Positions 53,571 to 62,904 of a stretch of DNA of 64,000 nt are shown here, piece by piece. The position numbers were made by a program, and so were the translations under genes. The stretch spans positions 2,313 through 66,312 of the forward strand of contig JACQSB010000028.1 in assembly GCA_016206175.1 (NCBI GenBank), in the 5' to 3' direction. Each line of letters begins with the position of its first letter. Position 1 is the stretch's first letter. The notes below the pieces were generated by a model that saw nothing but the letters and a program-made list of their open reading frames with translations, was not told where the DNA came from and did not search any database. This DNA comes from Candidatus Uhrbacteria bacterium. Its GTDB lineage: Bacteria; Patescibacteriota; Patescibacteriia; JACQRZ01.

Positions 53571-53951
53571 ATGGCAACAAAAAAAGTCGTGCTCGTAGAA
53601 GATGATTCCATGCTTCTGAAATATCTCTCTGCCGCGCTGTCGGCTGAAAAAGATATTCAGGTACTTACGGCAAGCGACGGAGAAGCAGGTGAAAAGTTGA
53701 TCTTGCAAGAGGTTCCCGATCTGGTCCTGCTTGATATTATCATGCCAAAGAAGAACGGCTTTGAAGTGTTAGAGGCGGTGAAAAAGAACTCTCCGACAAA
53801 AGATGTTCCCGTCATCATGCTTTCCAATCTCGGCCAGCAAGGGGATATCGACCAGGCAAAAAAACTTGGCGCCGAAAATTATTATGTGAAGGTTGATATG
53901 GAAGTTAGCGATATCGTTGAAAAGGTAAAAAAGTTTCTCGGCATCTCATAA
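53571..53951 (+). CDS. Stand-alone CheY-like response regulator receiver
   Basis: DD pair (VEDDS), phospho-acceptor context DLVLLDIIMP, a T/S at MLSN and the conserved K (YYVK). Confidence 0.9.
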   Translation: MATKKVVLVEDDSMLLKYLSAALSAEKDIQVLTASDGEAGEKLILQEVPDLVLLDIIMPKKNGFEVLEAVKKNSPTKDVPVIMLSNLGQQGDIDQAKKLGAENYYVKVDMEVSDIVEKVKKFLGIS

Positions 53952-53965
53952 CGGAGATTGTTGCT

Positions 53966-55675
53966 ATGTTTATATCAAATGAACGGCTAAAAAAGATTCT
54001 CATCGATGCAAAAATGATCGATGAAGCCACGTGGAAAAACGTGGTGGAAAATGCCAGCCGTTTGAGCTGTCCGGTCGAAGATATTTTGAAAGAGCGTGAT
54101 ATCATCGGCGGACATTTATTTTATGAACTGGTGGAAAAAGGGATCGGCATTCCGTATGTGAATCTCAAAAAGATCGACATAGCAAAAGAGGTGCTCGACC
54201 GTTTTAGTCCGGAGCTGGTGAGTGCCTACAAGGCTATACCGTTTGAATATGACGCACGCAAAAAAAAGTTGAAAGTCGCGTTTCAAGACCCTGCCGATAC
54301 CAGGGCGATCGGCGCACTTGAGAAAAAATGCGGCTGCAAGATCGACGCGCATTTCACCGGCAAAGAAAGCTACCGTTTTGCTTCACGGCACTACCATAAG
54401 AGCATTTCAGAAAGGATTAGAAAGATTATCCAAACTGCCGCAAAACGCGCTCCAAAAAAAACATCGGATACTCTTGGCTGTAAGATTTTTGGGCATATCA
54501 TTGAATATATCTACTACTCACAGCCATCAGATGTGCACATCGAACATCTGCGCGACAGCGGCATCATCAAATTGCGCATCGACGGCTATCTGCGCGACGA
54601 GATAGCGGTACCGTCTGAAATAGCGACCTCGATAGTGGATCTCATCAAAAAAGAATCCTCGCTTACTACCGATGCCCGCCATCAGACGGCGGATGGGCGT
54701 TTCGCATGGAATGTGCTTGGCGAGCTCCTTGCATTCCGTGTTTCCATTCTTCCGACTTATTACGGCGAGAAAGCATGTCTGCGCGTATTGGATGAATCGC
54801 GCCAAAAAGCCAGTTTGCGCGAACTCGGATTTCGCGATACCGATATCAGTTTGATTCAAAAAGAGATAAAAAAACCTTACGGTCTTGTGCTGGTTGCCGG
54901 TCCGACCGGATCCGGCAAAACTTCTACGCTGTATGCGCTGCTCAAGCTGCTCAATGTCGAAGGCGTGAGCATCGCAACGATCGAAGATCCGGTGGAATAC
55001 AGTATTCGCCACATCAATCAGACGCAAGTGGATGCGGAAAACGGTTTTACGTTTGCGCGGGGATTGCGTGAGATCTTGCGCCAAGACCCGAATGTTATCA
55101 TGGTAGGGGAGATCCGCGATAACGAGACGGCGGGGATCGTGATCCAGTCCGCATTGACCGGTCACATCGTGATCTCAACATTGCATTCCAATACAGCCGT
55201 AGAGAGCATCACGCGTCTGCGCAATATGGATATCCGACCGTATTTATTGTCACCAACTGTGAACCTTGTTGTTTCTCAACGTCTCGTGAAGCGCATCTGT
55301 CCGTACTGCCGCGTAAGCTATGCTCTCGACAAAGCATTTTTGGACTCCATTGATAAGGATACCGGCATTCGTCGCTCGTTGGATAAATTAAAAAAGCTCG
55401 GTCTTTTGAGCTTTACCACCTACGATGAAGTGCGATTCTATCGCGGGCAAGGGTGCGGCAAATGCAATGGGACAGGTATGAGCGGCCGTATCGGGATATT
55501 TGAGATTTTTGTAGTTGATGAAGAAATCCGTAAAATGATATTGGAAGATGCTCCTGCGCTTGAGATCCAGAAACGCGGGGAAGAAAAAGGCCTCCTCACC
55601 TTATTCGAAGATGGTCTCACTAAGGTCATTGAAGGCGAAACATCAATCGGCGAAATCATGCGGACGCTGAGCTAG
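53966..55675 (+). CDS. pilB: Type II/IV secretion ATPase (PilB/GspE family)
   Basis: GSPII_E N-terminal domain, Walker A (GPTGSGKTST), VGEIRD, the His box and a tetracysteine motif (CPYC...CGKC). Confidence 0.9.
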   Translation: MFISNERLKKILIDAKMIDEATWKNVVENASRLSCPVEDILKERDIIGGHLFYELVEKGIGIPYVNLKKIDIAKEVLDRFSPELVSAYKAIPFEYDARKKKLKVAFQDPADTRAIGALEKKCGCKIDAHFTGKESYRFASRHYHKSISERIRKIIQTAAKRAPKKTSDTLGCKIFGHIIEYIYYSQPSDVHIEHLRDSGIIKLRIDGYLRDEIAVPSEIATSIVDLIKKESSLTTDARHQTADGRFAWNVLGELLAFRVSILPTYYGEKACLRVLDESRQKASLRELGFRDTDISLIQKEIKKPYGLVLVAGPTGSGKTSTLYALLKLLNVEGVSIATIEDPVEYSIRHINQTQVDAENGFTFARGLREILRQDPNVIMVGEIRDNETAGIVIQSALTGHIVISTLHSNTAVESITRLRNMDIRPYLLSPTVNLVVSQRLVKRICPYCRVSYALDKAFLDSIDKDTGIRRSLDKLKKLGLLSFTTYDEVRFYRGQGCGKCNGTGMSGRIGIFEIFVVDEEIRKMILEDAPALEIQKRGEEKGLLTLFEDGLTKVIEGETSIGEIMRTLS

Positions 55676-55739
55676 TGTAATTTCTTGACGCCAGTGAGGC
55701 AGAGTGCTACAAAGGAAGCATTATTCTTTGTTGGAATCT

Positions 55740-57047
55740 ATGCTTGATATTAAATTTATTCGAGAACAGAAAGAAGCCGTAGAACACGCGATTAAGGTGA
55801 AAGGTGTCAGACTTGACCTTTCGCATTTGCTCATACTTGCCGATCAACGGAGTGAATTGATGAGAAAGACAGAAAATCTGCGCGCGGAAAAGAATACAAA
55901 CAGCGAGGAGATCCAAAAGGCGACTTCTCCGGAGTCGCGTGCGCCAATCATCGAGCGCGGCAAACAGATCAAAGAAGAATTGCACGCTCTCGAACAGGAG
56001 CTTCGCACGGTCGAAAAAGAGTATGACGCACTTATGCTCCTTGTGCCCAATATCCCGTCTGCTGATACGCCAGTCGGGTCAGACGCGAGTGGCAATCAGG
56101 AAGTGGCACGATGGGGGAATCCGCCAACATTCTCTTTTTCTCCCAAAGATCATATCGATCTTGGGAAAGCACTCGACCTGATTGACTTGGAAGCAGGTGT
56201 GCAGACAGCCGGATTCCGAGGATATTATTTGAAGAATGAGGCAGCGCTATTGCATGTCGCGCTCCAATGGCATGCGCTGCATAAGTTGGTGGCAAAAGGA
56301 TTCACTCCCATGGTACCGCCGACATTGGTACGCGAATTTGCTCTCGTGGGGAGCGGACATTTTCCGGGGTTCAAGGAAGAGATTTATCAAATCGCAAATC
56401 CAGCCGACATACGAGAAGAGACAGATATGCCGGAGCCGCTCTATCTTGCCGGCACATCGGAGCCGTCTCTGCTTGCCTACCATGTCAGTCGGACATTTGA
56501 CGAGAAAGATCTCCCGATCCGAATGTGCGGCATCTCGCAGTGCTACCGTTCGGAAGTCGGAAGTTATGGCAAAGACACCAAAGGTTTATTTCGACTCCAT
56601 GAATTTGTAAAAGTGGAACAAGTCATTATTTGCAAAAACGACACGCAAGAATCAAACGCGTTTTTAGAAGAATTGCGCGGCGTTGCTGAAGAGCTCTTGC
56701 TAGATCTCAAGCTTGCCTATCGGGTAATACAGATCTGCACCGGCGATATGGGAGCAGGGAAGCACAAGATGTATGACATCGAGACATGGATGCCATCACG
56801 GAATGATTACTGCGAAACGCACTCTGACTCCAATCTCACGGATTGGCAGGCGCGGCGTCTCAACATGAAATACAAAACATCAGACGGCAGAAAAGAATAC
56901 GTCCATACGTTAAACAACACAGCGATTGCATCACCGCGTATTTTAATCGCCCTCTTGGAAACCTATCAGCAGGAAGACGGATCCATTGCAATTCCCGAAG
57001 TCCTTCGTCCCTACATGGGGTATAAGGAAGTGATCAGGAGAGCTTGA
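55740..57047 (+). CDS. serS: Seryl-tRNA synthetase
   Basis: N-terminal coiled-coil arm and class II motifs (YRSEVGS.GKDTKGLFRLHEF, NNTAIASPR). The start is placed at ATG 55740. Confidence 0.95.
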   Translation: MLDIKFIREQKEAVEHAIKVKGVRLDLSHLLILADQRSELMRKTENLRAEKNTNSEEIQKATSPESRAPIIERGKQIKEELHALEQELRTVEKEYDALMLLVPNIPSADTPVGSDASGNQEVARWGNPPTFSFSPKDHIDLGKALDLIDLEAGVQTAGFRGYYLKNEAALLHVALQWHALHKLVAKGFTPMVPPTLVREFALVGSGHFPGFKEEIYQIANPADIREETDMPEPLYLAGTSEPSLLAYHVSRTFDEKDLPIRMCGISQCYRSEVGSYGKDTKGLFRLHEFVKVEQVIICKNDTQESNAFLEELRGVAEELLLDLKLAYRVIQICTGDMGAGKHKMYDIETWMPSRNDYCETHSDSNLTDWQARRLNMKYKTSDGRKEYVHTLNNTAIASPRILIALLETYQQEDGSIAIPEVLRPYMGYKEVIRRA

Positions 57048-57093
57048 CTCCTCCCATCGGCGTAAGTAGACTAGCGCACAGGAGGAAGGCGAG

Positions 57094-57729
57094 ATGACAC
57101 TGAAAAACGAGCATGCCCGCATGGCATGCGAAGCGCTTGACCGTGCTTGTCATCAGTTGGGAATAGCTCGAGAGATCAGCCCATCGAGAACCGTAGCGCG
57201 GGCGATAGAATTTGCTCGCATGGATATCGTGCTGACGCAACTCTATCTTGAGGAGATCTTTGGATTCATTGCGGCGTTGGATCCGGAAGCGTTTCACAAA
57301 CTCGTTACGTCGGTGAATGAAATCACTTCGTGCGCGACAGATGGCCGCCAGTACCTGCAAGCTTTGGCGAAACGGGCGAGCCTGGACTCTCTCAGTGATC
57401 TCGCCAAGGAGTACACGAGCAAATTCGAAGAGTTCGAGGCCGCCCTTGCGCTCCTCGAGGCGTCAATGGTAAATCCCTCTGGCGTCGTTCAAGCGGAAGA
57501 GACTTTCGTTTATACGGATGAGGGAGAGGAAGAGTCGGAGGAGGTTCCTTCAGCGACAATCATCATGTCAGAGAAGACCTATACTCCTCTCGAAGAGCTC
57601 GTGCGGATAGCTCAAAGCAAAGGCGACGCTGATTCGCTCACCCGTTGCGTAACGTTTTTGCATAACGCACTGACAGATTTTGCGCGAGAAGTAAAATTCG
57701 CGTGCTATCTGTGGGAGGTGGCGCAATGA
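57094..57729 (+). CDS. Hypothetical 211-aa acidic helical protein (GC-richer orphan)
   Basis: The ATG is preceded by AGGAGGAAGG. No family was recognised. Confidence 0.6.
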   Translation: MTLKNEHARMACEALDRACHQLGIAREISPSRTVARAIEFARMDIVLTQLYLEEIFGFIAALDPEAFHKLVTSVNEITSCATDGRQYLQALAKRASLDSLSDLAKEYTSKFEEFEAALALLEASMVNPSGVVQAEETFVYTDEGEEESEEVPSATIIMSEKTYTPLEELVRIAQSKGDADSLTRCVTFLHNALTDFAREVKFACYLWEVAQ

Positions 57730-57746
57730 CGGCGCGAACCATTCTT

Positions 57747-58880
57747 CTATGGCGCTTCGGTCGATCGGGGCGTCTTTTTTCTTTGCAGCTCCCGCATCAT
57801 GGTTAGATAGAAAGCGAGGTTATGATCCGATGTAAGCCGTAGCCCAAGTACTTCTTGCACGGAAAACAAATGGCGAAGATACGATTTTGAATAAGACTTG
57901 CAGGTAAAGCACGGACATTTCGCATCGAGAGGTTTTGTATCAAATTTGTATTTTTCATTTCTTACGTTCACGATTGAGTACCACGAGTTGCCAGAGGTGA
58001 TTTTTCGTTTTGTCCATACATACGTTCTGCCATGGCGGGCTTCGCGGGTGGGGATAACGCAATCAAACATATCTACCCCTCTTTGTACCGCGTCTACGAT
58101 GTCTTCCGGTTTGCCCACCCCCATGAGATAGCGCGGCTTGTCAGATGGCAGCAGTGCAGTGTTCCATGATACGACTTTGTTGCGAATACTGCGCGGCTCT
58201 CCCACGGCAAGTCCGCCGATCGCATAACCGTCAAAATCAAGTGCGGTCAGGGCGCGTACAGATTGATCCCGTAGTTTTTTATACACCCCGCCTTGCACGA
58301 TCCCAAAGAGCAGTGGCCGACGCGTAGGGGAGACGCGCTTTTGTTTCATGCGTTTTTCAAAATGTTTTTTACTCCGTTCCGCCCAGCGAAGCGTTGTTGC
58401 GAGTGATTGTTCGGCGTACTCGTACGAACACGGGTGCGGCGGACATTCATCCAGCACCATGATAATGTCAGACCCGATAGTAAGTTGCGCATCGATGACA
58501 CTTTCCGGGGTCAGTTTGATTGACGAGCCGTCAATCTCTGATTGAAATGTCACGCCGTCTGGTGTGATCTTCCGTCGTTTCGCAAGTGAAAATACTTGAT
58601 ATCCGCCACTGTCGGTTAAAAGAGGGCCGTCCCACCGCATGAAGCGATGAAGACCCCCGTGTTTTTCGAGCACCGCAAGGCCGGGGCGCTGGATAAGGTG
58701 GTAGGTATTCGATAGAATGATCTCTGCGCCGAGATTACGCAGCTCATCCGGTGAGATATTTCTTACCGCACCACGCGTTGCTATCGGCATGAAAAACGGC
58801 GTATGGATGTTTCCATGCGGGGTCTTGAGTATTCCTCGGCGAATGCCACCGTGCGGGGCATGAAGACGAAAGTATTGCAT
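57747..58880 (-). CDS. tgt: tRNA-guanine transglycosylase
   Basis: TPFFMPIATRGAV, LTDSGGYQVFSL and the zinc site CPCFTC...H. Confidence 0.95.
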   Translation of the reverse strand: MQYFRLHAPHGGIRRGILKTPHGNIHTPFFMPIATRGAVRNISPDELRNLGAEIILSNTYHLIQRPGLAVLEKHGGLHRFMRWDGPLLTDSGGYQVFSLAKRRKITPDGVTFQSEIDGSSIKLTPESVIDAQLTIGSDIIMVLDECPPHPCSYEYAEQSLATTLRWAERSKKHFEKRMKQKRVSPTRRPLLFGIVQGGVYKKLRDQSVRALTALDFDGYAIGGLAVGEPRSIRNKVVSWNTALLPSDKPRYLMGVGKPEDIVDAVQRGVDMFDCVIPTREARHGRTYVWTKRKITSGNSWYSIVNVRNEKYKFDTKPLDAKCPCFTCKSYSKSYLRHLFSVQEVLGLRLTSDHNLAFYLTMMRELQRKKTPRSTEAP

Positions 58881-58898
58881 AAGAATAAGGTTTCTATC

Positions 58899-59942
58899 TC
58901 ATTCGACAAACATCGCATCGCCGAAGCTATAAAAGCGGTAGCGTTTTTCCACTGCTATTTTATAGGCATTCAAGATGAACTGCATGCCTCCTTTGTGCTT
59001 CCATTCTGCAAACGCGCACACGAGAACAAGGAGGGTGGAATGGGGGAGATGGAAATTTGTGATCATTGCATCCGTAATACGAAAATCGTATCCGGGTGAT
59101 ATAAAAAGTTTGACATATTTTGCGCCAGACGCAAGGCTGCCGTCTTGGGCGCCAAATGCTTCCAGTGTGCGCACAGCTGTGGTGCCGAGTGCTATTATGC
59201 GACGCCCTTGTTTTTTTGCTTGCGTGATTGCTCGTGCGGTCGCCGGAGAGATCTCCGCGTATTCCGGATGCATGGTGTGATGTTCAATCTTGTCCGTTCT
59301 TATAGGAAGAAATGTGCCGATGCCGACATGGAGGGTGATGGAATGCATTTCTACGCCGATGGCCTGGAGTTTCTTGATCAGGCGTTTGGTAATATGCAGT
59401 CCTGCGGTGGGAGCGGCAACTGATCCCGGCTGCCGCGCGTATACAGTTTGGTAGTCGACGAGTCGCGCATGTTTTTTGATATATGGTGGAGTTGGCGTAT
59501 CGCCGTGCCGCCCGATATATGTGTCAAGCGCCGTGCCGCCTTTAGAAAATCGGATGACCCATGTGCCGTCAGTATTTTTGTGGATCGGGTGCGCGGTCAG
59601 TGTCGTGCTGCTTTGTAGCGCAAGCGTATGCCCTTCATTTTTTTCCGAGACATTTTTGAGTAGAGCTGCCCATCGCGCAGCCGACAACTTTTTTACCAAA
59701 AAAATCTCTACCTGTCCGCCCGTTTGTTTCTTTCCGTACAAGCGCGCAGGGATAACCTTGGAGTCGTTCCATACCAGCACATCTCCGGCGCGTAGCACGT
59801 TTGGCAAATCCGTAAATGTGAGATGGCGCATTTTTTCTTCCTGACAGTTTATTGCCAGGAGTTTGCATCCATCGCGCGGCTTTGCCGGTGTCTGCGCAAT
59901 GCTCGATTGAGGAAGGGTATAAGAAAAATTTGAAATGTTCAT
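58899..59942 (-). CDS. queA: S-adenosylmethionine:tRNA ribosyltransferase-isomerase
   Basis: N-terminal F.Y.LP...IAQ.P, PTAGLH and a C-terminal RFYSFGDAM. Confidence 0.95.
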   Translation of the reverse strand: MNISNFSYTLPQSSIAQTPAKPRDGCKLLAINCQEEKMRHLTFTDLPNVLRAGDVLVWNDSKVIPARLYGKKQTGGQVEIFLVKKLSAARWAALLKNVSEKNEGHTLALQSSTTLTAHPIHKNTDGTWVIRFSKGGTALDTYIGRHGDTPTPPYIKKHARLVDYQTVYARQPGSVAAPTAGLHITKRLIKKLQAIGVEMHSITLHVGIGTFLPIRTDKIEHHTMHPEYAEISPATARAITQAKKQGRRIIALGTTAVRTLEAFGAQDGSLASGAKYVKLFISPGYDFRITDAMITNFHLPHSTLLVLVCAFAEWKHKGGMQFILNAYKIAVEKRYRFYSFGDAMFVE

Positions 59943-60030
59943 AGTATTCGTTGGCGAGAGATGAATTGTTTAGAGCCGAATGCCATGATTGCCGCTGGAG
60001 TGGTAATGCGCAAGAGGTCTATAGTATATC

Positions 60031-60066
60031 ATAAAAAATGAGCGGGTCTCGAAAGGGGAGACCCGC
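60031..60066 (-). terminator. Rho-independent terminator (minus strand)
   Basis: The minus strand reads GCGGGTCTC-CCCTTTC-GAGACCCGC followed by TCATTTTTT. Confidence 0.75.
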
Positions 60067-60077
60067 AATGGAAATGA

Positions 60078-60214
60078 ATCGCTCCGACTGGAATCGAACC
60101 AGCGATTGAATTGCGCTACTGCGCTTTCGCCTCTTTTTCTAGATGTAGTGGATTTTGAGGCAGCGTGGGTACGCATACGATCGCGCTCATCCTGCATGAT
60201 TGAGCATCGGAGCG
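60078..60214 (-). ncRNA. Unclassified structured RNA candidate with tRNA-like T-arm and acceptor pairing
   Basis: The minus strand has GCTGG-TTCGATT-CCAGT followed by CGGAGCG, which pairs with CGCTCCG about 125 nt upstream. A D-like hairpin (GCTC...GAGC) follows the 5' strand. A terminator lies 11 nt downstream. Confidence 0.35.
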
Positions 60215-60342
60215 CGCCAAACGTATTGGACTATGTCAGGCCTATTGTCGGTCCCGCCCGGGGGAAACGGACTGGGGGACCGATTTTCGGTGGAGGTCTG
60301 TATAGCCAAGTTGCTTGGCATGATTTGGGACAGGCGTGGTGA

Positions 60343-60696
60343 TTAGTGTACGGGATCGAGAGACGGCCAAACCCGCCGGAACGGGTTTTTCGGGCCCACC
60401 TCGTAGAGGTGCAGCGTATCGCCCGGGAAGGCGACGTAGAACCGTCCGCTTGGTATCACGTTTACCTCGCTGCTGCCGAAGTATGTTTCGGCATCCACGA
60501 GGACGATCTCTCCTTTCTTGATCATTTCCTGGACCCGGCGCTGTCTTTCGAACGGCTCTTCGACTGTGTGTTGGAACATTCTCGGCTCCAACGAGGATGC
60601 GGGCAGCCCCTCCAGTTTTTCGATCGTCGCGATGACTAATTCAACACTGATATTGAGTTGCTTTTTCAAGATTAGATGCAATGTTTTTTGCGCCAT
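60343..60696 (-). CDS. Hypothetical 117-aa protein (GC-richer orphan)
   Basis: The internal ATG 60696 is preceded by AAGGAGGT at a 9-nt spacing. No family was recognised. Confidence 0.6.
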   Translation of the reverse strand: MAQKTLHLILKKQLNISVELVIATIEKLEGLPASSLEPRMFQHTVEEPFERQRRVQEMIKKGEIVLVDAETYFGSSEVNVIPSGRFYVAFPGDTLHLYEVGPKNPFRRVWPSLDPVH

Positions 60697-60994
60697 CCGG
60701 GGGAACCTCCTTATATGTGATGGCTTGCGGCAACTACTACAAATGCTCACCACGCACTGCAGCGCATTGGAAATCAGGTATGTCTTTCGTCTTATATTCG
60801 TTCGCTCGGGGTTCGGTCGAAATGACATAATGATTTGCATTGCACTGAAGGCGTGGCATTATCAACCACGCATATCCGAAATATAAAAGAACGATAGGAC
60901 AAACGCGAAGAATACCATCATTTTAGTTTTAACGCAATGATTCATGTGCATAACGCTTTTGACATCTCCTTTAGCCGCGTGATAAAGTTTAATT

Positions 60995-62722
60995 ATGCCT
61001 TCCAATCACTCCCTTGAGGCGTTTGCGCCTCTGTTTCAAAAAAATGATTATACGGAAGAAGAAAAATGGTTCATCGAGCCCTTTTTTTCCAATCTTGACC
61101 GTTCTGTATACGCGCCGTACATCGTTTCGCCCGAGCTGATCGGCGCTCTGTGCTCCCGTACGAGCCGAGCGTTGCATGATTTGCGCTACCATTATCTGCG
61201 GGAGTTTGTAAAGCCGTTCGTTGATCCGGTACGCGAAGAAAAAGATACTGACGACGCGTGGAATGCAAAGGTAGCGCATGGCGGCACGTTACGCGAATTC
61301 ATTGGCTTTCTCCACCGACACTCTTTACAAGAATTATTTTCCAACCCGCGCGCGCGTTCGTTTTTCATCAAATGGCTTGCGCAATATGGCGATGATTCGA
61401 TCGCGCAAATGGCTGGCGCGCATTTGTGTTTTTCGGGTTTGTCGCAGGTGGCTATCAAGCATATTGAGGATCAACGCGTAGGCCTTGCCCCGATCGAAAA
61501 ATCCACGCGCTATGTCAATTACGGCGAGAAGGTGAATGGCCATTATTTGTACTATACGGACCCCACCTGGAAGGATCATGGTCTCAAGCAGGAATACGAG
61601 AAGGTGATGGACGGGCTGTTTGATGCGTACCGTTCGCTTCTGCCGCGTATGATCGAATATCTCCAAAAGAAATTTCCCGAAGAAAAAGCATCGGTAGTGG
61701 AAAAGAAGGCATTTGACACGCTGCGTGGCATGCTGCCGACTTCCACGCTTTCACAGGTGACATTTTTTGGCAACGGACAAGCGTTTGAATATATGATCAG
61801 CCGGTCAGCGCGACACCCGCTCGGCGAGATCCGTTGGGCGGCCGAGGCATCGTACGAAGAGCTCAAGACAATCACGCCTGCATTTTTACGCCGCCTCAAA
61901 GACGAAGAACGGAAGGAGAGCATCGAGGCATACCAAGATTACCTCACGCGCAAAGCAGATCGAGTCGCGCCGTTTGCCCGCGAAGCGGGATTGACGGTCG
62001 CCGCCGGCAATTCTGAAAGTTCTCCGTCCGTTCGGTTGGTGGAATACGATCCGGAAGGAGAGAACAAGATTATTACCGGAATGTTATACGCATCATCTCA
62101 GACGCATGCATCGTGGGAGGATACATATGGGGCAGTACAGAAAATGAGCGCTGCGAAGAAAAAAGATGTCATGGACGCATACCTTGAGGGACGGACACAA
62201 CGGTGGCAAAAAGTGGGACGAGCTTTTGAGAATGCATACTTACGCTTTGACATTATGATGAACATTGGTTCGTGGCGTGATATTCATCGGCATCGGATGC
62301 TCACGCAGCAGAAACAGCTCTTTACCTGCAGCCATGGATATGACACGCCGCAGGACGTGGTAGATGGCGGCTTTGAAAAAGAGTACCGTTCGGCTATTGA
62401 TGCCGTCGCTGCTTTGCATTCTCGCATTGTCGATCGCGACCCCTACCTTGCGCAATACTGCGTGACGCTTGCACATCGCGTACGTTTCATGCAATGGACC
62501 AATGTTCGGCAGTGTTTTTGGGAGATCGAATTGCGTACCATACCGGAAGGGCATCCGGATTACCGACACATTGAACAGGAAAAGTTTCGGTTGCTCGAAA
62601 AAGCATATCCTCTGATCACAAGCTACATGCGCGTCAATATCGGGGAGTATGAATTTGCTCGCCGAGGACAGGAAGAACGTATCCAGAAAAAGTTGCATGA
62701 CCTCTCGGCGACTTTGACATGA
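60995..62722 (+). CDS. Long (575 aa) flavin-dependent thymidylate synthase (ThyX)-like protein
   Basis: HRHRMLTQQ resembles the ThyX RHR signature and a downstream ELRT...... segment resembles the ThyX C-terminal helix. The length suggests a duplicated or extended Thy1 fold. Confidence 0.6.
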   Translation: MPSNHSLEAFAPLFQKNDYTEEEKWFIEPFFSNLDRSVYAPYIVSPELIGALCSRTSRALHDLRYHYLREFVKPFVDPVREEKDTDDAWNAKVAHGGTLREFIGFLHRHSLQELFSNPRARSFFIKWLAQYGDDSIAQMAGAHLCFSGLSQVAIKHIEDQRVGLAPIEKSTRYVNYGEKVNGHYLYYTDPTWKDHGLKQEYEKVMDGLFDAYRSLLPRMIEYLQKKFPEEKASVVEKKAFDTLRGMLPTSTLSQVTFFGNGQAFEYMISRSARHPLGEIRWAAEASYEELKTITPAFLRRLKDEERKESIEAYQDYLTRKADRVAPFAREAGLTVAAGNSESSPSVRLVEYDPEGENKIITGMLYASSQTHASWEDTYGAVQKMSAAKKKDVMDAYLEGRTQRWQKVGRAFENAYLRFDIMMNIGSWRDIHRHRMLTQQKQLFTCSHGYDTPQDVVDGGFEKEYRSAIDAVAALHSRIVDRDPYLAQYCVTLAHRVRFMQWTNVRQCFWEIELRTIPEGHPDYRHIEQEKFRLLEKAYPLITSYMRVNIGEYEFARRGQEERIQKKLHDLSATLT

Positions 62723-62770
62723 TCTTCAAAACGTGCTATAATAATAGGTAATATTCTAACATTTGCCGCT

Positions 62771-62857
62771 ATGAAAAAACGCATGAAAAAGAAGTTGAGC
62801 ACAGGTGTAAAGCTCCCTAAATTAAAGAAAAACGAGCGCAAAAAGGGGAGACTATAA
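62771..62857 (+). CDS. Possible 28-aa highly basic peptide (MKKRMKKKLSTGVKLPKLKKNERKKGRL)
   Basis: ATG..TAA ORF with an upstream TGCTATAAT (62735-62743) and a strong terminator 20 nt downstream. There is no Shine-Dalgarno site. Confidence 0.3.
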   Translation: MKKRMKKKLSTGVKLPKLKKNERKKGRL

Positions 62858-62878
62858 TTTCTTTGAAGATAATAAAAC

Positions 62879-62904
62879 AAACCGCGGCAGGTTATCCGCG
62901 GTTT
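62879..62904. terminator. Bidirectional terminator between convergent genes
   Basis: AAACCGCGG-CAGGTTAT-CCGCGGTTT is flanked by A/T-rich runs on both sides. Confidence 0.65.

Noticed and set aside
60078-60342. A canonical tmRNA (ssrA) downstream of the 60343 orphan.
   Set aside because: Acceptor pairing encloses only about 137 nt. There is no G1-C72/G3-U70 acceptor, no pseudoknot-sized body and no ANDxxxLAA-type tag ORF. It is kept only as an unclassified tRNA-like RNA candidate.
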